Source of the DNA: an uncultured SAR86 cluster bacterium
GTDB lineage: Bacteria; Pseudomonadota; Gammaproteobacteria; Magnimaribacterales; AG-339-G14
Assembly (NCBI GenBank): GCA_902596665.1
Contig: CACJUN010000003.1
Coordinates: forward strand, 71,756-135,755
DNA: 64,000 nucleotides
Direction: 5' to 3'
The notes below the pieces were generated by a model. The model was not told the origin of the DNA and did no database searches. It saw only the letters and a program-made list of their open reading frames with translations. Below, in pieces: positions 52,760 to 63,365 of this stretch (the stretch's first letter is position 1; every line of letters begins with the position of its first letter). Position numbers and translations under genes: made by a program.

Positions 52760-54430
52760 TTAAAAATCGTCTGTTACAGCCCCCTCGGAAGCTGAAGATA
52801 CTGATCTGGCGTATTTAGCTAACACTCCTCTGCTAGGAGGTTCTTTTAAAGATTGCCAGTTTTTCTTTCTATCTGCTAACTGTTCTTCTGAGATATCAAT
52901 GTTTATTTGATCTTTTTTTGCATCTATGGTGATTAAATCTCCATTCTGTAAAAGTCCAATTGGACCTCCATTCGCTGCTTCAGGGGTAATATGGCCAACC
53001 ACAAAACCATGAGATCCGCCTGAGAACCTTCCATCAGTAATTAGAGCAACTTTATCTCCTAGCCCAGCCCCCATGATTGCCGCAGTCGGTTTTAGCATTT
53101 CACGCATACCTGGGCCTCCTACAGGACCTTCATATCTGATAACAATTACCGAACCTTCTTGAATTGTATTCTTGAAAATTGCTTCAACAGCCTCTTCTTC
53201 AGATTCAAAAATTATTGCAGGACCAGAAAAAGATAGTCCTTCTTTCCCAGTTATTTTAGCTACCGCTCCTTGAGGAGCTAGATTACCTTTCAAAATTCTA
53301 ATGTGACTTTCTTTTTTTATAGGTTTACTAATTTGAGCAATAATTTTTTGATCGTCTTTATAGGGTTCTATGTCTTTAAGATTTTCTTCTAAAGTTTTTC
53401 CTGAAACGGTCATACAACTTCCGTCCAGCAATCCATCATTAAGCATCATTTTCATTAAGGGTTGAATACCACCTTGTTCATTCAGATCGCTCATTAAATA
53501 GTAACCAGAAGGCCTGATGTCAGATAAAACAGGTGTATTTTTCCCTATCCTAGTAAAGTCGTCTAAATTTAAATCAACATTTGCTGATTTTGCCATTGCT
53601 AGGAGGTGAAGGACTGCGTTAGTAGAGCCACCTAGTGCAATAACTACTTTAATAGAATTTTCAAAAGCGCTCTTGTTTAGAATATCGCTAGGTTTAATAT
53701 CCTTTTCTAATAAGTAATCGATAGCTTGACCTACAGCCAGGCAATCATTTTTCTTCTCCTGAGAGATTGCATCTTGAGAGCTACTGCCAGGCAAACTCAT
53801 TCCTAATGCTTCAATTGCCGATGCCATAGTGTTTGCAGTGTACATTCCTCCGCATGAACCAGGTCCAGGTAGTGCATTTTTCTCAATTGCTATTAGTTCG
53901 TCTTCACTTATTTGATTTTGAGAATATGCGCCAACCTTTTCAAGAACAGTGGCAAAATCAGTATGATCCTTCCCAGGCTTGATAGAACCGCCGTAAACAA
54001 ACAGACTTGGTCTATCTAACCGTATCAATCCCATCATACAACCCGGCATATTTTTATCGCATCCGCCTATTGCTACAACAGAATCAAATGACTGGCACCC
54101 AACAACAGTTTCAATTGAATCTGCAATGACTTCTCTAGAGACCAAAGAATATCTCATTCCAAGAGTACCCATTGAAATACCGTCAGAGATTGTGATGGTA
54201 TTGAAAAGAACTGATTTGAGACCTGCATCATCAACAGAGCTACATATGGTTTGTGCTAATTCATTGATGTGCATGTTACAAGGAGTCACATTTGACCAAG
54301 TTGAAGCAATACCTACTTGTGGTTTTTTAAAATCCTCATCTGAAAAACCTGTTGGCCTAAGCATTGATCGAGCACCAGCTTGATCAATTCCATCAACCAG
54401 AGAGGATGAATATTTTCTTTTTTTAGACAT
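52760..54430 (-). CDS. ilvD: Dihydroxy-acid dehydratase
   Basis: 556 aa with [23 protein letters not shown] and GHITPEA. Confidence 0.98.
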   Translation of the reverse strand: MSKKRKYSSSLVDGIDQAGARSMLRPTGFSDEDFKKPQVGIASTWSNVTPCNMHINELAQTICSSVDDAGLKSVLFNTITISDGISMGTLGMRYSLVSREVIADSIETVVGCQSFDSVVAIGGCDKNMPGCMMGLIRLDRPSLFVYGGSIKPGKDHTDFATVLEKVGAYSQNQISEDELIAIEKNALPGPGSCGGMYTANTMASAIEALGMSLPGSSSQDAISQEKKNDCLAVGQAIDYLLEKDIKPSDILNKSAFENSIKVVIALGGSTNAVLHLLAMAKSANVDLNLDDFTRIGKNTPVLSDIRPSGYYLMSDLNEQGGIQPLMKMMLNDGLLDGSCMTVSGKTLEENLKDIEPYKDDQKIIAQISKPIKKESHIRILKGNLAPQGAVAKITGKEGLSFSGPAIIFESEEEAVEAIFKNTIQEGSVIVIRYEGPVGGPGMREMLKPTAAIMGAGLGDKVALITDGRFSGGSHGFVVGHITPEAANGGPIGLLQNGDLITIDAKKDQINIDISEEQLADRKKNWQSLKEPPSRGVLAKYARSVSSASEGAVTDDF

Positions 54431-54435
54431 TGATT

Positions 54436-56031
54436 TTAATTATAAGCAGCATTTATAAGATTGATTGTATATTCATCTTGAGGTGTATCAAATATCTGAT
54501 CAGTTGGACCAGATTCAACTATTGAGCCCTTTTTTATGACTAAAACTTTATCTGACATTGACCTTATTACTCTTAAATCATGACTTATCAAAACATAGCT
54601 TATATTTTTGGAATTTTGTAAATCCTTCAAGAGCAGAAGTATTTCCTTTTGAATTGAAACATCTAATGCTGAAGTTGGCTCATCGAGCAAGATCAATTTG
54701 GGATTTGTAATCAATGCTCTTGCTATTGCAATTCTCTGTCTTTGGCCCCCAGAAAATTCATGTGGAAACTTTTCAAGGCACGATGGATCTAAATGAACGT
54801 CATTTATTGATTCTATGATGCGTTGTTTTTTTTCTTGTTTGCTCAATTGCTTAAAATGAATATCCAAACCTTCTTTGATGATTTCTTCCACCCTCATCCT
54901 AGGAGAAAGAGAACTGAAGGGATCTTGAAAGACAACCTGACACTTCTTTCTCAAATCACTTAGCTTATCTTTTTTTAATATTTCATTTTCAAAGAGAATT
55001 TTTCCTGAATACTCTTCTATGCCCAGAATTGCTTTGAGAATGGTAGATTTTCCTGATCCTGATTCTCCAACAATTCCTAGAGTTGAATTAGCTGATAAAG
55101 AGAATGAGACTTCTTTGACTGCATCAAATCTTTGTTCTTTTTGGAAAAGAGAAGCTTCTCTTACTTGGTAGCTTACATTTAATTTTTCGCATTCCAGAAT
55201 TTTTGAATCTGAAACATTATTAATCTCTTTGGGTTCAGGAATGGACTCTATTAACCTTTTTGTATAAGAATCCTTTGGATTAGAAAAAATTTCTACAGTA
55301 GTTCCTCTTTCTATCACATTACCCTGATTCATCACCAGAACCTTATCTGCGAATCTTTTGACAACATTTAAATCATGCGTGATAAAAATTATGCTGAGGT
55401 TTTCCTCTTCTTTTAATTTATTTAAAAGAATTAATAGTTCTTTTTCGACTGTCACATCCAAGGCTGTTGTTGGTTCGTCTGCAATCAATATTTCAGGATT
55501 GTTTGACAATGCCATTGCGATCATCACCCTTTGTCTTTGTCCTCCAGAGAGCTGATGAGGAAATGAAGAAAATTTTTGTTCTGGGTTTGGTATTTCAACT
55601 TTCCTTAATAGATCTATGGCTTTTTCTTTTGCCTCTTTGTTGGAACTCTTATTATGGACTTGAATAGACTCCATAATTTGCTTACCGACCTTTATAAAGG
55701 GATTCAATGAAGTCATTGGCTCTTGGAATATCATTGATATTCTTTTACCTCTGATATTCTCAAGTTCTTTTTTAGGAAGATTTATAAGTTCTGTACCTTG
55801 AAAGTTTATGGAGCTATCTTTGCTGTGAAATGCAATTGGATAAGGAAGTAATTGCATAATAGATAAAGCTGTAACTGATTTGCCTGATCCGCTTTCTCCT
55901 ACAACGGCTAAAGTCTCTTTTTCAGAGAGATTAAAATTTAAATTATTAACAGCCTTAAAAGTTGAAGATTCATTTGCAAATTCAACATTAAGGTTGTTAA
56001 CTTTCAAAATTGGTTCGCCAAAATTATTCAT
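54436..56031 (-). CDS. ABC transporter ATP-binding protein with duplicated ATPase domains (YejF / Dpp-Opp fused type), no adjacent permease
   Basis: It has two Walker A motifs (GESGSGKS twice) and two signatures ([16 protein letters not shown]). The start is placed at the ATG at 56031 ([11 protein letters not shown]...), which matches the YejF N-terminal length. An alternative TTG lies at 56073. Confidence 0.88.
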   Translation of the reverse strand: MNNFGEPILKVNNLNVEFANESSTFKAVNNLNFNLSEKETLAVVGESGSGKSVTALSIMQLLPYPIAFHSKDSSINFQGTELINLPKKELENIRGKRISMIFQEPMTSLNPFIKVGKQIMESIQVHNKSSNKEAKEKAIDLLRKVEIPNPEQKFSSFPHQLSGGQRQRVMIAMALSNNPEILIADEPTTALDVTVEKELLILLNKLKEEENLSIIFITHDLNVVKRFADKVLVMNQGNVIERGTTVEIFSNPKDSYTKRLIESIPEPKEINNVSDSKILECEKLNVSYQVREASLFQKEQRFDAVKEVSFSLSANSTLGIVGESGSGKSTILKAILGIEEYSGKILFENEILKKDKLSDLRKKCQVVFQDPFSSLSPRMRVEEIIKEGLDIHFKQLSKQEKKQRIIESINDVHLDPSCLEKFPHEFSGGQRQRIAIARALITNPKLILLDEPTSALDVSIQKEILLLLKDLQNSKNISYVLISHDLRVIRSMSDKVLVIKKGSIVESGPTDQIFDTPQDEYTINLINAAYN

Positions 56032-56470
56032 GAACTTATTTTTACTTTTTGTTTCAGCTGTCTTTTCAGGCAATAGTTTCTTGTTTATTGAAACAAGTGA
56101 TCAGTTCGTATCTCCTGAGGAGGCATATACTATCACTATAAATTCTTTTGATGATCATGTTTTGATAGATTTGAAATTACATCAAAATGTTTACGTTTAT
56201 TCCGATAAGATAAACTTCACAATCTCTCCGGAAAATAAAAATTTAAAGGTAGAAACAGAGTCATTAGTTATAAAAGATGAGTTTTTTGGAGAGTCTGAAG
56301 TCTTCATTAATAATATTTTCTTTAATGTCCCAAATCTAAAGGACGGCATCTTGTCATTAAAATTAAACTATTTGGGATGCTATCAAGGAAAATATTGCTA
56401 TCCAGAAAAAAATAACAAAATAGATCTATTATTTAAAGAAAATCGTTTAATTTCTAAAAAAATACTTTAA
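56030..56470 (+). CDS. DsbD N-terminal (alpha) domain-only periplasmic protein
   Basis: 146 aa from the ATG at 56030, with a signal peptide. It aligns with E. coli DsbD-alpha (FVSPEEAY, YVYSDKI, DEFFGESEVF, and YLGCYQGKYCYPE versus YQGCADAGFCYPPE) and retains both redox Cys. The stop lies 10 nt before aroQ. No TM (beta) or thioredoxin (gamma) domains are present. Confidence 0.75.
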   Translation: MNLFLLFVSAVFSGNSFLFIETSDQFVSPEEAYTITINSFDDHVLIDLKLHQNVYVYSDKINFTISPENKNLKVETESLVIKDEFFGESEVFINNIFFNVPNLKDGILSLKLNYLGCYQGKYCYPEKNNKIDLLFKENRLISKKIL

Positions 56471-56480
56471 AATTCGCTCA

Positions 56481-56927
56481 ATGTCTTCGATCTTGCTTTT
56501 AAATGGGCCAAATTTGAATCTTTTAGGTGAAAGAGAGCCAGATATTTATGGAGATTTTTCTCTTGAAGATATTGAAAAAACAATAGAAAAGCTAGGCAAA
56601 GAGAACAATATTGATACCGAATGCTTTCAAAGTAATGCTGAGCATGAGCTAGTTGACAAGATTCATGATGCTAAATCTAATGAAGTAAAAATTATTCTAT
56701 TCAATCCAGGCGCCTTCACCCACTCAAGCATATCTTTGAGGGATGCGATACTTGGTGTAAATATTCCTTTGATTGAAATACATTTGTCTAACATTTATGG
56801 CAGAGAAGAATTCAGAGAAAAGTCATATTTTTCAGACATTGCTTTGGGAGTGGTTTCAGGATTTGGAAAGCAAAGTTATTTAATGGCCTTTCAAGCAGCA
56901 AAAAATTATCTACTAAGGGAGGATTAA
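56481..56927 (+). CDS. aroQ: Type II 3-dehydroquinate dehydratase
   Basis: 148 aa with LNGPNLNLLGEREPDIYG, NPGAFTHSSISLRDA and EIHLSNI. Confidence 0.97.
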   Translation: MSSILLLNGPNLNLLGEREPDIYGDFSLEDIEKTIEKLGKENNIDTECFQSNAEHELVDKIHDAKSNEVKIILFNPGAFTHSSISLRDAILGVNIPLIEIHLSNIYGREEFREKSYFSDIALGVVSGFGKQSYLMAFQAAKNYLLRED

Positions 56928-57412
56928 TGGATATTCGTAAAGTAAAAAAATTAATTGAAATGTTAGAAGAATCTAATCTCAATGAAATAGAAATTAAAGA
57001 AGGTGAAGAAGCTGTAAAACTTGTAAAGAGTAATCCTATTCCAGGTAATTTTATTTCTTCTACTCCTGCTATTATTTCAGAACCTACTCAACAGTCTCCG
57101 ATTGCTATGCCATCGGCACCTTCGTCTGAAGCAACAGTTACTAAAGAAATAGGCCAAACATCAGATGTTCTTGAAAGTGGAAATAAAATGAATTCTCCAA
57201 TGGTAGGAACTTTTTATTCTGCTCCAAATCCAGAGTCAGAACCTTTTGTAAAAGTTGGTGATCAGATTAATGAAGGTGATGTACTTTGTATAATTGAAGC
57301 CATGAAAATGATGAATGAGGTAAAGTCAGAGTTTTCCGGAACAGTAAAACAAATCTTAGTTGACAATGCTGAGCCTGTTGAGTTCGATCAAACCTTATTT
57401 GTAATTTCTTAA
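56927..57412 (+). CDS. accB: Biotin carboxyl carrier protein of acetyl-CoA carboxylase
   Basis: 161 aa with a Pro/Ala-rich linker and the biotinylation motif EAMKMMNE. Confidence 0.97.
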   Translation: MDIRKVKKLIEMLEESNLNEIEIKEGEEAVKLVKSNPIPGNFISSTPAIISEPTQQSPIAMPSAPSSEATVTKEIGQTSDVLESGNKMNSPMVGTFYSAPNPESEPFVKVGDQINEGDVLCIIEAMKMMNEVKSEFSGTVKQILVDNAEPVEFDQTLFVIS

Positions 57413-57418
57413 AATCCA

Positions 57419-58756
57419 ATGTTTAAAAAAATCCTTATAGCTAATAGAGGAGAAATCGCCTTAAGAATCTTAAGAGCATGTGAAGAACTTGATATAAAGA
57501 CTGTTGCTGTTTATTCGTCAGCAGATAAAGATTTAAAACATGTAAAGATGGCGGATGAATCCATTTGTATTGGACCTGCAGAATCAGCAAAAAGTTATCT
57601 CAACGTCGCTGCTATTATAAGCGCATCAGAACTGACAGGGATTGATGCTATTCATCCGGGCGTAGGTTTTCTCTCAGAAAACGATCATTTTGCTCAACAA
57701 GTAACATCCAGCGGATACAAATTCATAGGTCCAGATTCTGAAACCATAAAAGTGATGGGAAATAAAATCACTGCCAAAGAAGCAGTTTTATCAGCTGGAA
57801 TGCAGCCCGTTCCGGGCACAGGAAGAATTAACTCGGAGGAAGAAGCATTGAAGATGGCTGATGAAATTGGCTATCCAGTAATAATAAAAGCTGCTTCAGG
57901 AGGCGGAGGTAAAGGAATACAAATCTGTGAGAAAAAAGAAGAATTTTTGTCAAAACTAAGTCTCACTCAAATTGAAGCCTTAAATAGCTTTGGAAGTGAC
58001 GAAGTTTATATAGAAAAATATCTCCAAACTCCAAGGCACGTCGAGATACAAGTGGCGGCTGATGATCACGGTAATGTTGTTCATTTTTTTGAAAGAGACT
58101 GCTCAATTCAAAGAAGAAATCAGAAAATCATTGAAGAAGCACCTGCTTTTGATATTCCTCAAGAAAAATTAGATGAAATAAGAAGCATAGCAGTGAACAC
58201 CTGCAAGAAGATAAATTACAAAGGTTTAGGTACTTTTGAATTTCTTTATGAGGATGGAAATTTTTACTTCATTGAAATGAATACAAGATTGCAGGTAGAA
58301 CACACAATCACAGAAATGATAACCGGGATTGATCTTGTAAAACTACAAATTATGATTGCTGCAGGTCAGGAAATTCCTTTGTCTCAAGAAGATATTAACT
58401 GCCGCGGTCATGCAATCGAATGCAGGATAAATGCTGAACATCATGAAACTTTCATTCCATCTCCTGGCAAGGTAACTGAATTCCATCCTCCAGGCGGATT
58501 TAGGATTAGGACCGATTCTCATCTCTATTCTGGTTACACAGTTCCCCAATATTATGATGCTCTAATAGCGAAAATATGTGCGCATTCAAGCGATAGAATT
58601 TCTGCAATAAGAAAGATGCGAGTAGCGCTCGAAGAAACTTATATAGAGGGAATAAATACAAATGCTCCTCTTCATCAAAGAATTCTTATTGAGCCAAACT
58701 TTGTTGAAGAAAAAATCTCAATAAATTACTTAAGAGATATTCTTAACATAAAGTAA
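57419..58756 (+). CDS. accC: Acetyl-CoA carboxylase biotin carboxylase subunit
   Basis: 445 aa with KILIANRGEIALRI, an ATP-grasp GGGGKGI motif and EMNTRLQVEH. Confidence 0.98.
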   Translation: MFKKILIANRGEIALRILRACEELDIKTVAVYSSADKDLKHVKMADESICIGPAESAKSYLNVAAIISASELTGIDAIHPGVGFLSENDHFAQQVTSSGYKFIGPDSETIKVMGNKITAKEAVLSAGMQPVPGTGRINSEEEALKMADEIGYPVIIKAASGGGGKGIQICEKKEEFLSKLSLTQIEALNSFGSDEVYIEKYLQTPRHVEIQVAADDHGNVVHFFERDCSIQRRNQKIIEEAPAFDIPQEKLDEIRSIAVNTCKKINYKGLGTFEFLYEDGNFYFIEMNTRLQVEHTITEMITGIDLVKLQIMIAAGQEIPLSQEDINCRGHAIECRINAEHHETFIPSPGKVTEFHPPGGFRIRTDSHLYSGYTVPQYYDALIAKICAHSSDRISAIRKMRVALEETYIEGINTNAPLHQRILIEPNFVEEKISINYLRDILNIK

Positions 58757-58764
58757 ATATTTTC

Positions 58765-61149
58765 ATGAAAGAGTATGATCCAAAAGTCATTGATCAATCT
58801 ATTCAAGATTACTGGGATTCAAACAATGCTTTCGAGGTAGATCCCGATACTGATAAAGATAAATTTTACTGCTTAAGCATGCTGCCCTACCCGTCTGGAA
58901 AAATTCATATGGGTCACGTTAGGAATTATACGATTGGTGATTTAATCTCTAGATTCAATATCAGACTAGGAAAATGCGTCATGCAACCAATGGGTTGGGA
59001 TGCTTTTGGACTGCCGGCGGAAAACGCAGCAATAGAAAACAAAGTTTCTCCAAAAGAATGGACCTATCAGAATATAGAAACAATGAGAATTCAGCTTAAA
59101 CAATTAGGATTTGCCTACGACTGGCGTAGAGAATTTTCTACTTGTGATGAGAGCTACTATAAATGGGAGCAAGATCTGTTTTGTAAAATGTTTGAAAAGG
59201 GTTTGGTTATTAGAGAAAAAGCTGAAGTAAATTGGGATCCTGTTGATAAAACAGTTTTAGCAAACGAACAAGTCATCGATGGTCGAGGCTGGAGATCTGG
59301 GGCTCCGGTTGAAAAAAAATTCCTTAATCAGTGGTCATTAAAAATAACTGACTATGCTGATGAACTTCTTTCAGAATTAAGTAATCTTTCTGGCTGGCCT
59401 GAACAGGTAAAGCTGATGCAAGAGAATTGGATTGGTAAATCAAAGGGAATGGTATTCCAATTTGAAAACTCAGTGATAGATAAGCCAATTGAAGTTTTCA
59501 CTACAAGGCCTGACACCATCATGGGTGTCAGCTTTATTGCACTTTCATCAGAACATGAAATCACGAAAAGAAAACTACTCGAGAATAAAGATTTACAACT
59601 CTGGATAGAAGAAATGAGTAATGTTAAAAGCGCAGAAAAAGATCAAGCACTGCAAGAAAAAAAAGGTTTTTTTCTTAACGAATTTGCCTATCATCCAGTC
59701 TCAAAAGAAAAGATACCCATTTGGGTAGCAAACTTCGTGCTTTCAGATTATGGATCAGGTGCATTGATGGGCGTACCTGGTCATGATCAAAGAGATTTTG
59801 AATTTGCCACAAAATATTCACTGCCTATCCTTAGAGTAATTTCTTCCGAGAACGAAGATTCTGATCAAGCATCTACAGATAAAGGGAAATTAATTAATTC
59901 GGGTCAATTCGACGGTTTAAGTTTTGAAGATGCATTCATAAAAATACAAAAATTTGCAGAGCAAAATAATTTTGGAAGATTTGAAGAAAATTACAGGCTC
60001 AGAAATTGGGGTGTTTCCAGACAGAGATCTTGGGGCGCTCCCATTCCAATGATGATTTCTGAGAATGAAGAAGACAACGATGCCATTCCTTTTTCAGATC
60101 TATCCGATGATGAGCTAAAGGCAGAGTCAATAGAGAGAAATGGAAAAAAATACGTTAAAGAAAAAGATACGCTAGATACTTTTTTTGAATCCTCTTGGTA
60201 TTACGCAAGGTATGCATCTTTTAAATCCGATAAAGATATTTTAGATGATGAAGCAAATTATTGGTTGCCAGTCGATCAGTACATAGGAGGAATTGAACAT
60301 GCAATACTTCATCTGCTTTACTCAAGGTTTTTCTGCAAAGTTCTAAACGAATTAGGATATTTGGATACAAGAGAGCCGTTTACGAATCTTCTCTGTCAGG
60401 GAATGGTTCTTATGGATGGTGCAAAAATGTCTAAGTCAAAAGGTAATGTAGTGAATCCAGATGATTTAATTGAAGAATACGGCGCTGACTCTTTGAGATT
60501 GTTTATGATGTTTGCAGCCCCTCCTGAACAGTCTTTGGAATGGTCCGATAGTGGCATTAAAGGCTCATTTAAATTTATCAATAAACTTTGGACAATGTCC
60601 CAAAAACATTTCTCAACTGTTGAGCACTATGAACATACCTCTGAAGATTCTGAAATAGAAAAACTTTATATCAAAGTGAATCAGACCATCAAAAAAGTTA
60701 ATGATGATTTCTCAAGAAGATTTTCTTTCAACACTGCGATTTCTTCAGTCATGGAAATGATAAATGCAATACCTGATAAATTCCTTGATGATAATTCTTC
60801 TGAAGATCAAAAAACATTAGTTAATGAAACTTTAAGGATTGCTATAAGTCTCCTCAATCCAATCATTCCCCATGTTACAGAACAACTGTGGAAGGATGCT
60901 GGAGGTCATTTTCTTTACAATGAAAGTTGGCCAGTTCCAAATGAAAATTTCCTAGAATCTAATGAAGTTGATTTCATTGTTCAAGTTAATGGGAAATCAA
61001 GAGGCAAGTTAATCATTGATATTGAAGCAGGTGAAGATGACGTCAAATCTATGTCGATGAAAATTGAAAATGTTGCAAAGTATTTAGAAGGGAAAGAAAT
61101 AAAAAAAATAATATTTGTTAAAGGTAAATTGATAAACTTTGTTGTGTGA
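58765..61149 (+). CDS. leuS: Leucine--tRNA ligase
   Basis: 794 aa with a HIGH-type motif (PYPSGKIHMGHV) and KMSKS. Confidence 0.98.
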   Translation: MKEYDPKVIDQSIQDYWDSNNAFEVDPDTDKDKFYCLSMLPYPSGKIHMGHVRNYTIGDLISRFNIRLGKCVMQPMGWDAFGLPAENAAIENKVSPKEWTYQNIETMRIQLKQLGFAYDWRREFSTCDESYYKWEQDLFCKMFEKGLVIREKAEVNWDPVDKTVLANEQVIDGRGWRSGAPVEKKFLNQWSLKITDYADELLSELSNLSGWPEQVKLMQENWIGKSKGMVFQFENSVIDKPIEVFTTRPDTIMGVSFIALSSEHEITKRKLLENKDLQLWIEEMSNVKSAEKDQALQEKKGFFLNEFAYHPVSKEKIPIWVANFVLSDYGSGALMGVPGHDQRDFEFATKYSLPILRVISSENEDSDQASTDKGKLINSGQFDGLSFEDAFIKIQKFAEQNNFGRFEENYRLRNWGVSRQRSWGAPIPMMISENEEDNDAIPFSDLSDDELKAESIERNGKKYVKEKDTLDTFFESSWYYARYASFKSDKDILDDEANYWLPVDQYIGGIEHAILHLLYSRFFCKVLNELGYLDTREPFTNLLCQGMVLMDGAKMSKSKGNVVNPDDLIEEYGADSLRLFMMFAAPPEQSLEWSDSGIKGSFKFINKLWTMSQKHFSTVEHYEHTSEDSEIEKLYIKVNQTIKKVNDDFSRRFSFNTAISSVMEMINAIPDKFLDDNSSEDQKTLVNETLRIAISLLNPIIPHVTEQLWKDAGGHFLYNESWPVPNENFLESNEVDFIVQVNGKSRGKLIIDIEAGEDDVKSMSMKIENVAKYLEGKEIKKIIFVKGKLINFVV

Positions 61150-61622
61150 TGCGTTATGTCTGTTTATCCCTTTTATGTCTGTTTATTTATTCCTGTGGGT
61201 ATAGTTTAGTTTCTAATAATCCATCAAAGCTTGATGCTGTATTGATTTACGAAAGCACTCCTCTTAATAAATTACTTGTCAAAAATATTAAATCTAATCA
61301 GGGGTATGTAGGATTGAACTTATCTAAAACAGATCAAGTTGATTTGAAAATTAGAATTATTTCACAAAGAATTGGGAAATTTCTTTCTGCTACGGATAAA
61401 AATCTTACACCTGCCGTGGGAAGCATTGAGTATTCTTTAGAGTATGAATTTATCTTAGATGATAAAATCATTTCACAAAGTTTCTATGACTCGGAACTTT
61501 ATCCTTACAATACTTCGAATATTCTTTCGAATGACAAAATTACAGAAGAAATCAAAAATTCTTTTCTTGATAAAGCTCTAAATGATATTAAGTTTAGTCT
61601 GATAAAAATCTCTAATGGCTAA
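61149..61622 (+). CDS. lptE: LPS-assembly lipoprotein LptE
   Basis: The ATG at 61149 overlaps the leuS TGA. The lipobox is LFIYSCGYSL (compare E. coli GCGFHLRG). The position between leuS and holA is canonical. Confidence 0.8.
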   Translation: MRYVCLSLLCLFIYSCGYSLVSNNPSKLDAVLIYESTPLNKLLVKNIKSNQGYVGLNLSKTDQVDLKIRIISQRIGKFLSATDKNLTPAVGSIEYSLEYEFILDDKIISQSFYDSELYPYNTSNILSNDKITEEIKNSFLDKALNDIKFSLIKISNG

Positions 61623-62535
61623 CATATATTGCTTTATTAGTGATGAGCCCTTTCTGCTTCAAGAAAATAGATTAATCGAGATAAATAAATTAAAAAAAGA
61701 GGGATATCTAAATAGAAAAATTTTTTTTGTAGACAGAAAGTTTAACTGGGATACATTTGATAGCAATGACAGTTTATCTTTATTTGAGGATAAAGAGCTT
61801 TTAGATATAAGAATTAATGGATTTGCTCCTACGAAAGATTGTCTCAATTATTTAGAGGACTTCTCAGGTAAAGCAGAAAGTTCCAAAACAATTATCTTAT
61901 CAATTGAAAACGTAACCAAAGTTAAAGGCAGTGCATGGTTTAAAAAAATTTCCTCCATCACGAAATCGTCATACATAGAAAAGATTTATCCAAATCAATT
62001 TCCTGCATGGCTTAAGTCCAGAGCTAAAAGAAGAGGTTTGAATTTAGATGTTCAAATGACTGATTATTTAACTGAACTGACCAATGGAAATCTCTTGGCA
62101 GCCGATCAAGAGCTAAAATGTCTCAAACTCATATCAAAAAATGAAGATCTAAAAATTATCACCATCAAAGATTCATTGATCGATAGTTCAAGCAAAGATA
62201 TATTTTCTTTTTCAAGGAGCTTCATCAATTCAAATGCACAGCTTTTTAATAAACTTCTTAACCAACTTCTGATTGAGAAAGTACCTTTAACTTTAATGCT
62301 TTGGAGCTTAAATAGAGAATTGTCTTTTATCGAAGCATTACAAGCCAATCCAACAATGAAAGTACCAGGGCCTTTTGATTATGTATCTGATTTAAAAAGT
62401 AAGGCTAAATCAATATCAGAAGATTCAATTAATAAAATTAAAATTGAAATTGCTAGATTAGATAGGCTGATTAAATCAGAAAATAATGAAAAGTTAATTA
62501 AGGTTCGTTTCAATGCCTTAATGTCTTATGTTTGA
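61615..62535 (+). CDS. holA: DNA polymerase III subunit delta
   Basis: 306 aa in the leuS-lptE-holA synteny. The pattern is delta-like (FLLQE..., LTNGNLLAADQELKCL). Confidence 0.85.
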   Translation: MANIYCFISDEPFLLQENRLIEINKLKKEGYLNRKIFFVDRKFNWDTFDSNDSLSLFEDKELLDIRINGFAPTKDCLNYLEDFSGKAESSKTIILSIENVTKVKGSAWFKKISSITKSSYIEKIYPNQFPAWLKSRAKRRGLNLDVQMTDYLTELTNGNLLAADQELKCLKLISKNEDLKIITIKDSLIDSSSKDIFSFSRSFINSNAQLFNKLLNQLLIEKVPLTLMLWSLNRELSFIEALQANPTMKVPGPFDYVSDLKSKAKSISEDSINKIKIEIARLDRLIKSENNEKLIKVRFNALMSYV

Positions 62536-63365
62536 TAAATTTCTTGTAAATATATTTCTCTTAGTCTTGATGTGAGATCACCTGGTTTATCTGTATCAAA
62601 CCTAGAACCTATTATTCTCACTACAGGAATTACTCCTTTGGTGGTTGAAGACATAAAAACTTCTTGAGCGTTATCAATTTCCGATAAAGGAATAATCCTT
62701 TGAATAACATTTATGTTATTAGCTTCCGCTAAATTAATGAGTTTTGCCCTTGTGACGCCGGGCAATATGTTTGCATCAAGAGATGGTGTATGAAGATCAT
62801 CATTTATGAATAGAAATAAGTTTGATACCGCGCCTTCATTTAAGAAGCCATCTTTATGCAAGATTACTTCGTCATGTCCTTCAGAATTAGCTTCAATTTT
62901 ATTCAAAACGTTTGCTAGTAAAGATGTAGATTTGATATCTGTTTTTAACCACCTCTCATCATCTTTAAGTAAAGCAGAAATTCCTTTGTGTCGATCTGAT
63001 GGATCATCAATTTTAATGGACGTTATAAAGACTGTAGGACTTAAATTTTCTTCAGGAAGATGATTTCTAATTAATTGGACTCCTCTGGAAATTTGAACGT
63101 ATATTGCTTGAAAAGGAGCATCATTTGCATTTGCAATTCTATTAATTTCATCCTCTAAGTTTTTTTCTTTAAAATCTGGAATTAGTTTTATGGAAGCTAG
63201 ACTCTGCTTTAACCTAGCAAGATGATCTCCAAGAAAGATACATCTTCCGTCTATACATAGGATCATTTCATAAACAGCATCCCCAAATATAAAGCCCCTA
63301 TCAAAAGGCGATATAAAAAGTTTATGAGATTCTTTTATCTCAAAATTTAAAGAAGAGAAAGACAT
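62526..63365 (-). CDS. Class IV (D-amino-acid / branched-chain family) aminotransferase
   Basis: 279 aa with PFDRGFIFGDAVYE, NLFLFINDDLHTP and GVTR. Its ATG overlaps the dacA-like stop (TAATG). Confidence 0.85.
   Translation of the reverse strand: MSFSSLNFEIKESHKLFISPFDRGFIFGDAVYEMILCIDGRCIFLGDHLARLKQSLASIKLIPDFKEKNLEDEINRIANANDAPFQAIYVQISRGVQLIRNHLPEENLSPTVFITSIKIDDPSDRHKGISALLKDDERWLKTDIKSTSLLANVLNKIEANSEGHDEVILHKDGFLNEGAVSNLFLFINDDLHTPSLDANILPGVTRAKLINLAEANNINVIQRIIPLSEIDNAQEVFMSSTTKGVIPVVRIIGSRFDTDKPGDLTSRLREIYLQEIYQT

Noticed and set aside
55880-56029. 50-codon upstream extension of the DsbD-alpha ORF
   Set aside because: It is antisense to the ABC ATPase N-terminal coding region. The signal peptide and the DsbD similarity begin at the ATG at 56030.
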